Shown here piece after piece: positions 23,446 through 36,483 of a DNA stretch of 64,000 nucleotides. The DNA lies in contig NW_018408896.1 of assembly GCF_002113885.1 (NCBI RefSeq), positions 2,464,858-2,528,857 of the forward strand, in the 5' to 3' direction. This stretch comes from Mizuhopecten yessoensis (Eukaryota). The translations under genes and the position numbers were made by a program. The first letter of the stretch is position 1. Each line of letters opens with the position of its first letter. Under the pieces are notes generated by a model that was not told where the DNA came from, ran no database searches, and worked only from the letters and a program-made list of their open reading frames with translations.

Positions 23446-25434
23446 TTAGGAAAGTTGAAACACGTGTACATTATTTTGATTCCCTATTGATTGGTTTGTG
23501 ACTACAAATTTGTTCCCACAGACAGATATTGCCCTCGGGCTGACTACACCGTCTGATGACGTCAGCAGTTCTCTGACGTGGTCCCCATCCTCCGACATTT
23601 GTACCACGTTGTTAGACACTCGCCCACATACGTACACATTGCCTTCGCCGTCGACGTCTACTCCAAACGCTTCCTTCAGGATACCAACTGTCGCCACGTC
23701 TGTACGAGTACCGTCTGAAAGTCTGAATACCGCTACTCTGCCACTCGTGGATGTGGGCTGGCTGCCATACAAGTGTAGAGTTCTTGGATCGGACACAAGA
23801 TGGTAGCATTGAGAAGAGCAGGTTTGTATATGTTGCGTATTTCCATTCTGTTGGACATTGTACAAGACCCCCCTAGAACTCACAGTGAACCCGTCACCTG
23901 TAGTAGTGATACCCCAGGGAGTGATATTCTGTGAGAGTTTTATTTCTGACATAAGACTTAATTTTGAGGACTCGACTTTGATGACGTATATGACAGGCGC
24001 ATCAAAGTTAGCGACCGCTACGGTGTTATCATCCAAAAGACACATGTCGTGCGGTTTTCCTGAAACCTTCATCACATCTTCACATTTCCCTGAAACTGTA
24101 AACAATTTGATCTTTTTGTTGTTATAGTCTCCTACAACAATATGATCATCCGGTAAGTAAACGACACCAGGTGCATGACAATATAAGACATCTGATGGAC
24201 ACTTGATGCAGAACTTGCTCACCTCGGTTACGCCACATTTCAACAATGGAGATTTAGGACCAGAAAGACTATTTAAATTCTTCTCTATTTTGATTTTGCC
24301 CATAGACAATGGAATGTCCTTATCTAACGTTAGGAGATTCGGGTCGACGCTGTGTTTGATTCTGACTGTGGTGAACTTCTTCCTCATTTCTGTGATAAGG
24401 TCCTCGTAAGACTTTACCTCCGCCTGACCTCTCTGAAACAACAAGATCGTGTCCACACTGTCATTTTTCTGAATCGCCGTTCCAGAGGATTCTATTGTGT
24501 TTTGAATCGAAAACATCAGTCGTTCACATTTCTGCATAGACATCTCCAGATTATCTTTTTCCTCTTTGTACGTTGCTATCAGCTCATCTGTGCTATTTTT
24601 CTGCATGGCGTCAAGACGTGTGTCGATTCTTTGACGTAGATCTGCTAAACTTTTCAATCCGGTGTCTTGGTCTTCTAAAAGTGTCTGAAGTTGCTCACCA
24701 AACTCTTTGATCAATAACTCAATGGCTTCTGTTGTTTTCTTTAGTGATGTCTTCAAGTCATCCAGTCGTGATTCCTTCTTCAGTTTATCACAATATTCCT
24801 GTGTCGTTGTCACTACTTCACATCGTCTGTGGTCTATGGTGATACATCTACTACAGCCAAGTATCTGGTGATCTTCACAATAGTAATCCATCTTCTCTGT
24901 ATGTTTCTCACATCTGACCTGTTTTGTTACTTGTCGTTGTACCATACCACCTTTCCCAGTTACATCTACTGTTTCACATCCTTCATGAATCAAATCGTGA
25001 TATTCAAGTTTACAGGTGTCACAGAACAGGACATTACATGTTTTACACCAGATTGTTGCAGGTGTCTTTGTGTTTCCTTTTTTTTCACAAGGCTTACAGA
25101 ACATCAGCTCATGTGCTGTGACGTCCTTTACTTGGTCTTTAACCAACTCATTTGTTGGAAATTGTTGAGCCCATTTATTTTTGTCCTCAGCCGCATTGAC
25201 CGGATGGGTCATCTTCCTACAAACTGGACATGGAAAGGCAGTCGCCGACGCCATATTTCCCGACAGGTCCTTGGTGATGAACGTGGACAGACATTCCTGG
25301 CAGAAGGAATGGAGACAAGGGAGCGACTTGGGTTGGTGTAGCTGTTCCAGACAGATTGGGCAATCCAACAAGTAGGAATCAAACTCAGGTCTGGAGGTGT
25401 CAGAAACTTTATGAGAAGATCCTCCTTCAGCCAT
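23446..25434 (-). CDS. TRIM-NHL-like E3 ubiquitin ligase copy 2 (662 aa)
   Basis: Same domain architecture as copy 1 with about 20 amino-acid differences. ATG (MAEGG) at 25434 follows the same splice acceptor. Confidence 0.95.
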   Translation of the reverse strand: MAEGGSSHKVSDTSRPEFDSYLLDCPICLEQLHQPKSLPCLHSFCQECLSTFITKDLSGNMASATAFPCPVCRKMTHPVNAAEDKNKWAQQFPTNELVKDQVKDVTAHELMFCKPCEKKGNTKTPATIWCKTCNVLFCDTCKLEYHDLIHEGCETVDVTGKGGMVQRQVTKQVRCEKHTEKMDYYCEDHQILGCSRCITIDHRRCEVVTTTQEYCDKLKKESRLDDLKTSLKKTTEAIELLIKEFGEQLQTLLEDQDTGLKSLADLRQRIDTRLDAMQKNSTDELIATYKEEKDNLEMSMQKCERLMFSIQNTIESSGTAIQKNDSVDTILLFQRGQAEVKSYEDLITEMRKKFTTVRIKHSVDPNLLTLDKDIPLSMGKIKIEKNLNSLSGPKSPLLKCGVTEVSKFCIKCPSDVLYCHAPGVVYLPDDHIVVGDYNNKKIKLFTVSGKCEDVMKVSGKPHDMCLLDDNTVAVANFDAPVIYVIKVESSKLSLMSEIKLSQNITPWGITTTGDGFTVSSRGVLYNVQQNGNTQHIQTCSSQCYHLVSDPRTLHLYGSQPTSTSGRVAVFRLSDGTRTDVATVGILKEAFGVDVDGEGNVYVCGRVSNNVVQMSEDGDHVRELLTSSDGVVSPRAISVCGNKFVVTNQSIGNQNNVHVFQLS

Positions 25435-26279
25435 CACGTTTGAAGAGTTATGGTGTCTGTGAATGTAGAACAAAATGGAAAAATGTATGTAACAGGGGAA
25501 TCATTTTTATGTTAATATATGACTTGACACTGATTTTAAAATTATGAAAGGTCTTGTTGTGAGGAACCTTATGGGGTTGTGTGATAGTGTTCATTCACTT
25601 CATTTCAGTGACATAGATCTGTTTTCCTACTTCTCTGTGCACACCCGAAAGGTATGCAGGGTAAGGTAAAACTATATTCTTATATATTCTAGATGCATGT
25701 TTCATATTGGTAATGAAATTCAATATCAAATGTATATTGATTTGTAGATTCGATAGTATCGATAAGTATATTGTGAAACTATTGTGAAAATATGAAGTTC
25801 ATTATATCCAATACAAAAGATATAATACGATGTGTCTATCAGTATCAGATATCTCATGTTCTATTAAGCGTGGTATCGTATATGTAAGGTTTATGTACCT
25901 TGATGTAAATAGACTATAATGAGATGTCTGAGTAAATGTGTAATTTGGACTTACATGTTTCTTTTTTAAACACAAACATGTGTAAGAATAAGACTCAAGA
26001 ATAAACCCGACAATTTCTGTGTATTTTTATCACACATCAATGATAACACTGTAACATTAATATCTGATCTGTTTGTGACAGACTCACATAAGTGTTTCTT
26101 TTGTACGAATACAGACTGATCCCACTCGAAATATAGTGTAACCATGGCAATAAAATGTATCTATGCTGGAAAACATCTTACCAACTACGAAAGTAAACAG
26201 ATTTATTAGTATCGAGTATGTTTTATGCACGTGAGTGCACATGGGTATAACTGTATGGTACTTATTATAATATACTTGT

Positions 26280-27010
26280 ATACACGTAGATATTGACATT
26301 GTGTGAGATTTGTGATACACGTTTGTACACGTAGATATTGACATCGTGTGAGATTTGTGATACACGTGTGTACACGTAGATATTGACATCGTGTGAGATT
26401 TGTGATACACGTTTGTACACGTAGATATTGACATCGTGTGAGATTTGTGATACACGTTTGTACACGTAGATATTAGATTATATCACACGTAGATAATGAT
26501 ATCGAGTAGGATTTTTAACACACTGTTTTACACGTATAAGTATCGGCTAAGATTTGTGATACACGTTTGTACACGTAGATATTAGATTATATCACACGTA
26601 GATAATGATATCGAGTAGGATTTTTAACACACTGTTTTACACGTATAAGTATCGGCTAAGATTTGTGATACACGTTTGTACACGTAGATATTAGATTATA
26701 TCACACGTAGATAATGATATCGAGTAGGATTTTTAACACACTGTTTTACACGTATAAGTATCGGCTAAGATTTGTAATACACGTGTGTACACGTAGATAT
26801 TAGATTATATCACACGTAGATAATGATATCGAGTAGGATTTTTAACACACTGTTTTACACGTATTAGTATCGGCTAAGATTTGTAATACACGTGTGTACA
26901 CGTAGATATTAGATTATATCACACGTAGATAATTATATCGAGTGGGATTTTTAAGACGTTTTACATGTATTAGTATCGGCTAAGATTTGTAATACACGTG
27001 TGTACATGTC
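26280..27010. repeat. Intronic minisatellite: four 45-bp units then about five 109-bp units
   Basis: Tandem ACACGTAGATATTGACATCGTGTGAGATTTGTGATACACGTTTGT, followed by 109-bp periodicity (26462, 26571, ...). Confidence 0.9.
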
Positions 27011-29623
27011 AGTATGTGTTTCCAGTTAGATTTAAACTACACGTTTGTATACGTGAAAATCAAGTTAGATTTGTAATGCAGCTGTGTATACCTTGATTTT
27101 AGAATCGGTTAAAATGAAGTATTGAAATTATAAAAAAAAAACTGAGAAGTTCAGAGTAATTTCAAATAAATAATCAATCAAGTGAGTGTTTATTATGAAC
27201 CGTGCCACTATCCAACAGAGAAAACCGTGGCCGTCATGGTCACGTCAAACCTCGGGGACTGGGACATCCATTTTTTTTTTAACTTTTAAGATGAGGTAAG
27301 CCTCACACAAGTTTAAAACTATAAAAATACAGTTATAGATAAAGTGTGCCAAAAAGAACTACACTGCCAATACAGCTGTTTCGTGTTTCTTAGTCCCATC
27401 GTTGATGTTGAGGACAAAAATATGAAAATCCGAATGTTTTAAACTACTGTTGTAACAGAAAGGGGTTCTTAAATAGATACATCAACTAATGGGTGATAAT
27501 CTAGGAGTCAGGGAAGGTTGAATTGATCAGACCTACTTTATTTTTATACAATATATAAATAAACACCTCAAAGGATTTTACCGAAACCATATATTCCTAA
27601 GTGGTGGATCAGGAGAGGTTTCGAGACATATATTTTCCTAGTCTGCCTTCTCCCTCCAAATAGTTATTTTCTCATTTTTTTAAATTAATTTTACGACTAA
27701 ACTCACACTTTTTTTTATAAATTTGAAAATCTTCCACCAGTTTTGTTTCTGAATCCATCACTGTCACTGTTATTGCAAGAAGTAATATGGCATACTCAGC
27801 GAATAATATCTAAAAACCAATGGGGTCAGAATATAACGCATATGTTCGCTGTGGACGTGTACAGGCCATATGCTGCCTGTACGTACTATACTCGACCACA
27901 TTGATAGACCTTCGATCTCCTGTAGCCCAACCTTATCTAACACGACATTCACCATGAATACAACCGACAATGATATCTGTATTCAACTAAGCTGTGTGTA
28001 TATAGCCACCATCAGGCCAAAATTGGCACCCATCCTTAACTTAAACGTGATGACATTGAATCTAATAAATGGCAAGCTATTAATTATATAGATAGATATA
28101 TTTATATCTAGATCTAATTATAACGTCACAATCTTTCATTTGCCAGCTCGGGCTAGGGATTTGACGTCGGCGTTTCGTGTAAACACCAATTACTTTCGAT
28201 TTCTATATACGTAACAGGGGCAACTATTTATATAACAACTGCTCATTTTCCGTATCTTTTATACAAACTTTACACAAGGAAATACGAGTAAATTTCAATA
28301 AATATGTTGTCCTCCAATTACTCTGGATTCTAAGTTAACAAGATACTAACCTTGTAGCCCATATAAAGCCGACAATGATGTGTATTCAGCCAAATGGCGT
28401 AGAGGGTAATTAACAGCGACGTGTACAGTCTTGTGATCGTTATATCACACTAAATATAAAACCGATACGACGGGACACAAACTTCCGGATATAGAGTCAT
28501 TTCTTTTTCGGAGAAAATATGTTTAGTTAAACTAGTATATATACAAATATAAAGAATAATTAATTTCATTCTGAAATAATGCATATATTATTTTGAATTA
28601 AAGAAATCATTCACTGATGACATCTCACGTATTACTTCGTTTGGTTTGCATGGGATCACATAGATATATATGTTTTTCTAAACAAAAACAATATACTTTT
28701 ACATAAGATCATTAGGTGAGCATATTAATTTAACGAATGAGCAATGAAGATTTTGTCGGAGAAGAATTTGTGAGATTGTCCGGATACTTTAACGTCACTT
28801 TCAGATACATATGTATATTGAATATGTTTCGACCTCTACTAACGAGAATTCTGGTAACTACTGACATCTCCTTTATACTTCTACTTGATATCAGGGTCCG
28901 CTGTTATCGTGACTTTTACGTACCTTAGACCAATCATAGTCACTTCATTACAAAACTGTGGTCAAACATCTCGAGTTAAGTTCCCTGATTATTTGCATTC
29001 TTCAAACCAGCATTAGACTCCCACTCTCCCGTGTATACCGATATTACTGACTATTGCCGAATACATTTGAGACGAGAAATGGTGGTGTTAAAGGCTTAGG
29101 GCAAGTGTTTGGTTTTCATCAGGATCTCATTGGGAAACATCCTACGGTATTTCAGTTAATCAGTTATCTAATATGCAGGTCGATATTTTTTTTAAATTAT
29201 GTTTCTTAGTATACATTGCGGTTTATTGTCACTTTCCTAGTTCTCACTTTCAAAATGTGAAATTACGTTTGTTTAATACAGACTTGCATACCGAGTGTTA
29301 TCGATGAGACAAAAAAGCTTACCATTCCGAAACATCTGGTCATATTCTGTTTGTATATTTTTCAATAGTATTCATGTACATCTTTCCTTGTTCATAGTGC
29401 CATTTGAGCAATCTATTTCGAGATCCTACAATGGTTCTGTTGTCACCTTGATATCCACTTGTCTCTGTTTTTCAGTATCAGGATTATATAGATAGATACG
29501 TATTTTAAACAAACTGAAACTACGTAATAATTTCATTTACCTTAGAGACTCCAAGGAAACATTATGGAAGTGACACGTCTAGATTAAATATGTACGATAA
29601 ATGTCTATGTAGATTAAAGCGAT

Positions 29624-31116
29624 CAGGCGCGTAGCTACCACGTAAGCATATATGCAGTTGCATGCACATCAAAAATTCAAATATGCTATTATATTTTTAT
29701 TTATTTATTTATTTATTTTGTAGTTCGGAAAAGTGATTAAATGATATGTGGTTCATTTGAAAAATAAATTTAATTTAATTGTATAACCGACAGCCGCCCG
29801 ACAATCAGTACGTATCCGAAAGTTCCAACCTATAGGGACCTGGTGCCGATTTTATTATTAGTATTTTTAAAGTTGTCAACATCGGAAACATGACTGCAAA
29901 GCCAACGAAAAACTCGCATCATCTTCGAAGAACGAGTTGATACATGACTTCTTCCAAGCAGCTGTAGGTTCAGATGAAACAACATCCTCTTGCGACATTA
30001 ACTTAGGCATCGACGAGTCTAAAACGGCTATTAGTATTAGGGCCTAGTAATGCCGGACCTACCGAACACAGTTCTGATCAGTCTGACTGTTGTTACCCCT
30101 GATATCGGGAATACAAGCGAGGCCGAGATATCGATATCCTGTCAAAAAGATGGGAAAAAGCTCACGAGTTCAAATTCCATACACGGCAACGTTTTAACAA
30201 GCGATTGTAATGAAATACAACAAAGTTAACGGAGGCAGGTTGTTTTTCCGGAATGGATGTATTTTTGTGTAATTTTTTCACCAATAAAAGGTCTTCCGAA
30301 TAACAATTGTAGATTGATTTGTTACTAGCATTGTTTTTATAGGTTTTAGGGCGGATATATGCGCGTATAGGATCCATCTGGGTTTTACATTCACTTCGCC
30401 TGCAAATGTAATATGAAAAAGGCAAAGCCTCAAAGTCAGAAAAAAAGCCACGTACATGTAGCTTTTGCTAATCTGTGACATTATATAGGCCTTCATTTGT
30501 CCCTGTCATGAACTGATAAAGTATTTTTTAAGAGTAGTCCTAGGCCTATCTTCAGTAGGGCTACTGGATATATATGTATACATGTATCTAAACATCGATA
30601 TAGGAGCTACTGTCATCTTATGTTCTGAGAAATGTTGATGATATAAAAAGGATTTGTGGGACACAACAGCAAAAAATCTGAAATTAATCTGTTCATATTG
30701 GCTCCGACATTTTAAATATCTAGTTAATTTAGATTCATATGGAAAGAGATATGACGCAACAGATATTTTCGGGTAATTCCAACAATCGACACATTTTTGT
30801 CGGAGAGAAAAAGGAGAAAAATGTGCTGTCTTTCGCATTTAAAATACATTTGAATTTTTGCGATGCTTTCGAATAATAAAATGAATGAATCAACCCAAAA
30901 ATGTTGTCTGTAAATTATATTAAAACACTCAAATATGTATCTAAAAAGCCACCAGATGGCACGGTAGTGCTTCTAGATCTAAAAAAAATCGGGGGGGGGG
31001 GGGGGGGGGCATGCCCCCGTACCCCCCTAGAATGGTTTCGCGACTTCGGCGCTCGCATTCGCACCTTCGGTGCGATTTTCTGCATGCACATACAAAACAG
31101 CCCAGCTAAGCGCCTG
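29624..31116 (+). mobile_element. Complete hAT-like non-autonomous DNA transposon, 1493 bp
   Basis: 13-bp TIRs CAGGCGCGTAGCT / AGCTAAGCGCCTG, direct repeat GCGAT at 29619-29623 and 31117-31121, subterminal GGGGGGCATGCCCCC hairpin. Confidence 0.85.
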
Positions 31117-32446
31117 GCGATATTCACGTCCACTGAAATTGTTAGATGTCTGTTTTTCCTGGATTTGACAGAAGACGTCAAGGCTGACTTTTCACATGGT
31201 GCAGGAGCCACTTACCATTCCCGGTATGTCTTCGTTTCTCTGGTATTGGATCTAATACTTTGAGTCTCATTGGCTCCTGTTGTTGCCTCTTTGAATTCAG
31301 CTTTTGTCCTTTTATCTATGCACACTTTTAACTGTAAGCAAGTATGTTCAACATTTGTCTGGCTCATTTTTGCTGGTTGTTTATGAACAGGGGGCTTTTC
31401 CAAAATGGCCCCTCCTTAGTAATTTATCTAATGCCTAATCAGTTGTCAGATTCCTTGACAACTTTCTTGCCATACCAATGGAATTCAGAGATCGTGTGTT
31501 AGTTTGTTACTTTGCTTTTATATATATTTTAGAGTTAGACGCCCTATTTACAGCTGATGACATTTACAGATAAAGTTTTGTAAGCTGCAAGACTAATCAA
31601 CAAACTGTACTGATCCGGACCAAAAACGGAAAATACTATTCATGTTTGGAAGATTTCCGGCCCGCCTCTTGTTTTGGATTAGTCACTCCCATGACCTACA
31701 AAACGGCATTCGCTCAGGTGGGAAATTTTGAACGATTGAAAACCGAGGACTCTACTGACCGAATTTACCAGCTGTTGTTGATACTTGAGAGGCTTTGGGT
31801 CAATATATAATCCATTTATCGATATATGTGGGATATGTGTTGTGTCATAGTTGATTTTTTTCGTTTGCACCCCAAAACGCTCCGATACCAAACGGTGTCG
31901 GAGAATTCCACGTTTACATATAGTAGTGCGCTCTGGCCCCACATTAAACATGTACCTGTCAAAATGTCTAAGTATGGTGTCAGGGAAAGAGGAAACTCGG
32001 TCTAGTATGGAATGTGTTTGAATGGCAGACTTGGAAAAGGGAAGGAAGAAACAAATGATGCCAGGCTTTGAGCTTGTTCTCAAACTGATGATTCTTTATT
32101 CACAAGAAAACAACTTATCAAGCTTTGATATTCCTGGTTGAATTTATTTATCTCTTAACTCCGTGTTTATAACTTAAACTTTGTGTTTACCTTGTACTAT
32201 ATTTGGTCCTTGTTTATTGACGCTGTCACAGAGCTATCTCTTGTCCTTGTATTCATTCTTGATATATTTTGTCAGTTAGTATAAATGCTGTTGTTTGTTT
32301 TCGTGTTTTTGAGTTGACACCATTGGATTGTTTTTATCGTTTGTTTTCTGCGGAAAAAACCCTGTGTACAATTGATATGTAGTTATTAATGTGATGTATA
32401 TGTGAAAGAAAATGTACATTTTAAGTCGATATTGGTATCTCCAATA

Positions 32447-32519
32447 GCCGAAATAGTTCAGTTGGGAGAGCGTTAGACTGAAGATCTAAAGGTCCCTGGT
32501 TCGATCCCGGGTTTCGGCA
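32447..32519 (+). tRNA. trnF-GAA: tRNA-Phe (GAA), C11T variant
   Basis: 73-nt canonical sequence with one D-stem substitution giving a U-G pair; T-run terminator downstream. Confidence 0.95.
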
Positions 32520-32969
32520 TTGGGATTTATTTTGGTTCCGAAGACTGAATTTCATTCGTTTTACAGAATTACTGCAATGGCAATTTTTAAGGTTTTTTAA
32601 CAGAAAAGTCAAAAAGAACTCGGGACCTTCAAACTACCAATCCTGCACTTGAGCAATGTTGCTATCCAAACGCACGGTATCGAATATATATTTTCCTTAA
32701 CACTGTGGTCACTCCTCCTGTCCTTGTATTAATGCTTTGATATATCAGTTTGTATAAATAAGTATATTAAGTTCTTATAAAAGGGCTGTAGTTCATTTTG
32801 TGTTGTTGACACTGTTGTATATTTTTCCTGTATTTTCCGTTATGTGAACACCTATTCCGTATGTAAACGGGATGTAATAAGATTTACACTTTGATTCAGA
32901 GATTTCATCAGGCTTGGGCGGCTGATTAACATTTAAGTCGATATTGGTATCTCCAATGTTAGACATACA

Positions 32970-33042
32970 GCCTAAATAGCTCAGTTGGGAAAGCGTTAGA
33001 CTGAAGATCTAAAGGTCCCTGGTTCGATCCCGGGTTTCGGCA
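32970..33042 (+). tRNA. trnF-GAA: tRNA-Phe (GAA), G4T and G22A variant (possibly non-functional)
   Basis: 73-nt tRNA-Phe with mismatches in the acceptor stem and D stem, 523 bp from the previous copy. Confidence 0.85.
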
Positions 33043-33353
33043 TTGGGATGTCTTTTAGTTCCCACATATGGATTTTATTAGTTATTCGATTTGAACATTC
33101 TGTGAAAAAAATATAAATGTACAAGCCAACCAATATTGCAATGATGCATAGTATAAAAATGATTTCCTCAAGTGGAAAAGTATTTGTAAGCTAATAAAAC
33201 TCACATTATGTTAATCTATCTTATTTTAAAATCACATTTAAATGGGTTTTTCATTTTTTACGTTGTTTTATATCTTTTGGCCTTGTTGTGATCAATTTCA
33301 GCATCAATATTTGCTGTCTTGTATGTTGATGCTTTTAAGGTGTTTTTTTATTA

Positions 33354-36168
33354 CGGTATGTATTCACTGTGGTATCTCCTGTCCCTGTGTATTGATACTT
33401 TTGTATTAATGTCACCGTATGTATTCACTGTGGTATCTCCTGTCCCATATACTGTGGTATTTCCTGTCACTGTGTATTGATACTTTTGTATTAATGTCAC
33501 CGTATGTATTCACTGTGGTATCTCCTGTCCCTTATACTGTGGTATTTCCTGTCACTGTGTATTGATACTTTTGTATTAATGTCACCGTATGTATTCACTG
33601 TGGTATCTCCTGTCCCTGTGTATTGATACTTTTGTATTAATGTCACCGTATGTATTCACTGTGGTATCTCCTGTCCCTGTGTATTGATACTTTTGTATTA
33701 ATGTCACCGTATGTATTCACTGTGGTATCTCCTGTCCCTGTGTATTGATACTTTTGTATTAATGTCACCGTATGTATTCACTGTGGTATCTCCTGTCCCT
33801 GTGTATTGATACTTTTGTATTAATGTCACCGTATGTATTCACTGTGGTATCTCCTGTCCCTGTGTATTGATACTTTTGTATTAATGTCACCGTATGTATT
33901 CACTGTGGTATCTCCTGTCCCTGTGTATTGATACTTTTGTATTAATGTCACCGTATGTATTCACTGTGGTATCTCCTGTCCCTGTGTATTGATACTTTTG
34001 TATTAATGTCACCGTATGTATTCACTGTGGTATCTCCTGTCCCTGTGTATTGATACTTTTGTATTAATGTCACCGTATGTATTCACTGTGGTATCTCCTG
34101 TCCCTGTGTATTGATACTTTTGTATTAATGTCACCGTATGTATTCACTGTGGTATCTCCTGTCCCTGTGTATTGATACTTTTGTATTTATGTCACGTATG
34201 TATTCACTGTGGTATCTCCTGTCCCTGTGTATTAATACTTTTGTACTTATATTGTTGCCGTATATATTCACTGTGGTATCTCCTGTCCCTGTGTATTGAT
34301 ACTTTTGTATTATTATCACCGTATTCATTCACTGTGGTATCTCCTGTCCCTGTGTATTGATACTTTTGTATTATTATCACCGTATTCATTCACTGTGGTA
34401 TCTCCAGTCCCTGTGTATTGATACTTTTGTATTAATGTCACCTTATGTATTCACTGTGGTATCTCCTGTCCCTGTGCATTAATACTTTTGTACTTATATT
34501 GTTGCCGTATATATTCACTGTGGTATCTCCTGTCCCTGTGCATTAATACTTTTGTACTTATATTGTTGCCGTATATATTCACTGTGGTATCTCCTGTCCC
34601 TGTGTATTAATACTGTTGTACTTATATTGTTGCCGTATATATTCACTGTGGTATCTCCTGTCCCTGTGTATTAATACTTTTGTACTTATATTGTTGCCGT
34701 ATGTATTCACTGTGGTATCTCCTGTCCCTGTGCATTAATACTTTTGTACTTATATTGTTGCCGTATATATTCACTGTGGTATCTCCTGTCCCTGTGTATT
34801 AAAATGCTTTTGTATTAATGTCACCGTATGTATTCACTGGGGTATCTCTTGCCCTGTGTATTGACACTTTTGTATTAATGTCACCGTATGTATTCACTGG
34901 GGTATCTCTTGCCCTGTGTATTGACACTTTTGTATTAATGTCACCGTATGTATTCACTGGGGTATCTCTTGCCCTGTGTATTGACACTTTTGTATTAATG
35001 TCACCGTATGTATTCACTGTGGTATCTCCTGTCCCTGTGTATTGATACTTTTGTATTAATGTCACCGTATGTATACACTGTGGTATCTCCTGTCCCTGTG
35101 TATTGATACTTTTGTAGTAATGTCACCGTATGTATTCACTGTGGTATCTCCTGTCCCTGTGTATTGATACTTTTGTATTAATGTCACCGTATGTATTCAC
35201 TGTGGTATCTCTTGCCCTGTGTATTGACACTTTTGTATTAATGTCACCGTATGTATTCACTGTGGTATCTCTTGCCCTGTGTATTGACACTTTTGTATTA
35301 ATGTCACCGTATGTATTCACTGTGGTATCTCCTGTCCCTGTGTATTGATACTTTTATATTAATGTCACCGTATGTTTTTATTCACTGTGGTATTTCCTGT
35401 CACTGTGTATTGATACTTTTATATTAATGTCACCGTGTGTATTCACTGTGGTATCTCCTGTCCCTGTGTATTAATACTTTTGTATTAATGTCACCGTATG
35501 TATTCACTGTGGTATCTTTTGTCCCTGTGTATTGATACTTTTGTATTAATGTCACTGTATATATTCACTGTGGCATCTTGTGTCCCTGTGTATTGATACT
35601 TTTGTATTAATGTTACCGTATGTATTCACTGTGCCATCTTTTGTCTCTGTGTATTGATACTTTTGTAGTATTGTCACCGTATTTATTCACTTTGGTATCT
35701 ATTGTCCCTGTGGATTGATACTTTTGTATTAATGTAATACTTTTGTACTTATATTGTTGCCGTATGTATTCACTGTGGCATCTTGTATCCCTGTGTATTG
35801 ATACTTTCGTATTAATGTCACTGTATATATTCACTGTTGCATCTTGTGTCCCTGTGTATCGATACTTTTGTATTAATGTTACCGTATGTATTCACTGTGC
35901 CATCTTTTGTCTCTGTGTATTGATACTTTTGTATTGATGTCGCCGTATGTATTCACTGTGGCATCTTGTGTCCCTGTGTATTGATACTTTTGTAGTATTG
36001 TCACCGTATTTATTCACTGTGGTATCTATTGTCTCTGTGTATTGATACTTTTGTATTAATGTCACCGTATTTATTCACTGTGGTATCTATTGTCCCTGTG
36101 TATTGATACTTTTGTATTAATGTCACCGTATGTATTCACTGTGGTATCTCCTGTCCCTGTGTATTGAT
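33354..36168. repeat. 61-bp satellite array, about 46 copies
   Basis: Consensus TATTCACTGTGGTATCTCCTGTCCCTGTGTATTGATACTTTTGTATTAATGTCACCGTATG, with clustered 60-bp and 64-bp subvariants. Confidence 0.97.
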
Positions 36169-36483
36169 TAAATTGTCATTTGTGTTTATTTGTTGACACT
36201 GTTGGATTTCTTTCTTGTTTGTTTCGTTCGGAAAATAATCGAGCGTGTACAGTTAATTTGATGTTATTAACGTGATTTATAAATAAATAGATGTACAATT
36301 TAAGGTATTTCATCATGACCACATGTTGAAAACAGATCTAGAGTTCTATCGGCGTGCGATAACTGCACAAATGAGCAACATTTTCACGAGAGTTATGTTT
36401 CACCATCATGAATAATATAAAATGTCAAGTGTGACATTAAAAAAAGTAAAAACAATATTTATATGCTGAAAACAACAACTTAA

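Noticed and set aside
31212-32083. ORFs of 63 and 134 aa and an HSLR tetrapeptide suggestive of a tyrosine recombinase
   Set aside because: No other catalytic motifs or sustained reading frame.
33354-36168. Possible CRISPR array or repeat-protein ORFs
   Set aside because: Head-to-tail monomers without unique spacers, no cas genes, eukaryotic context, and a 61-bp period that shifts frame.
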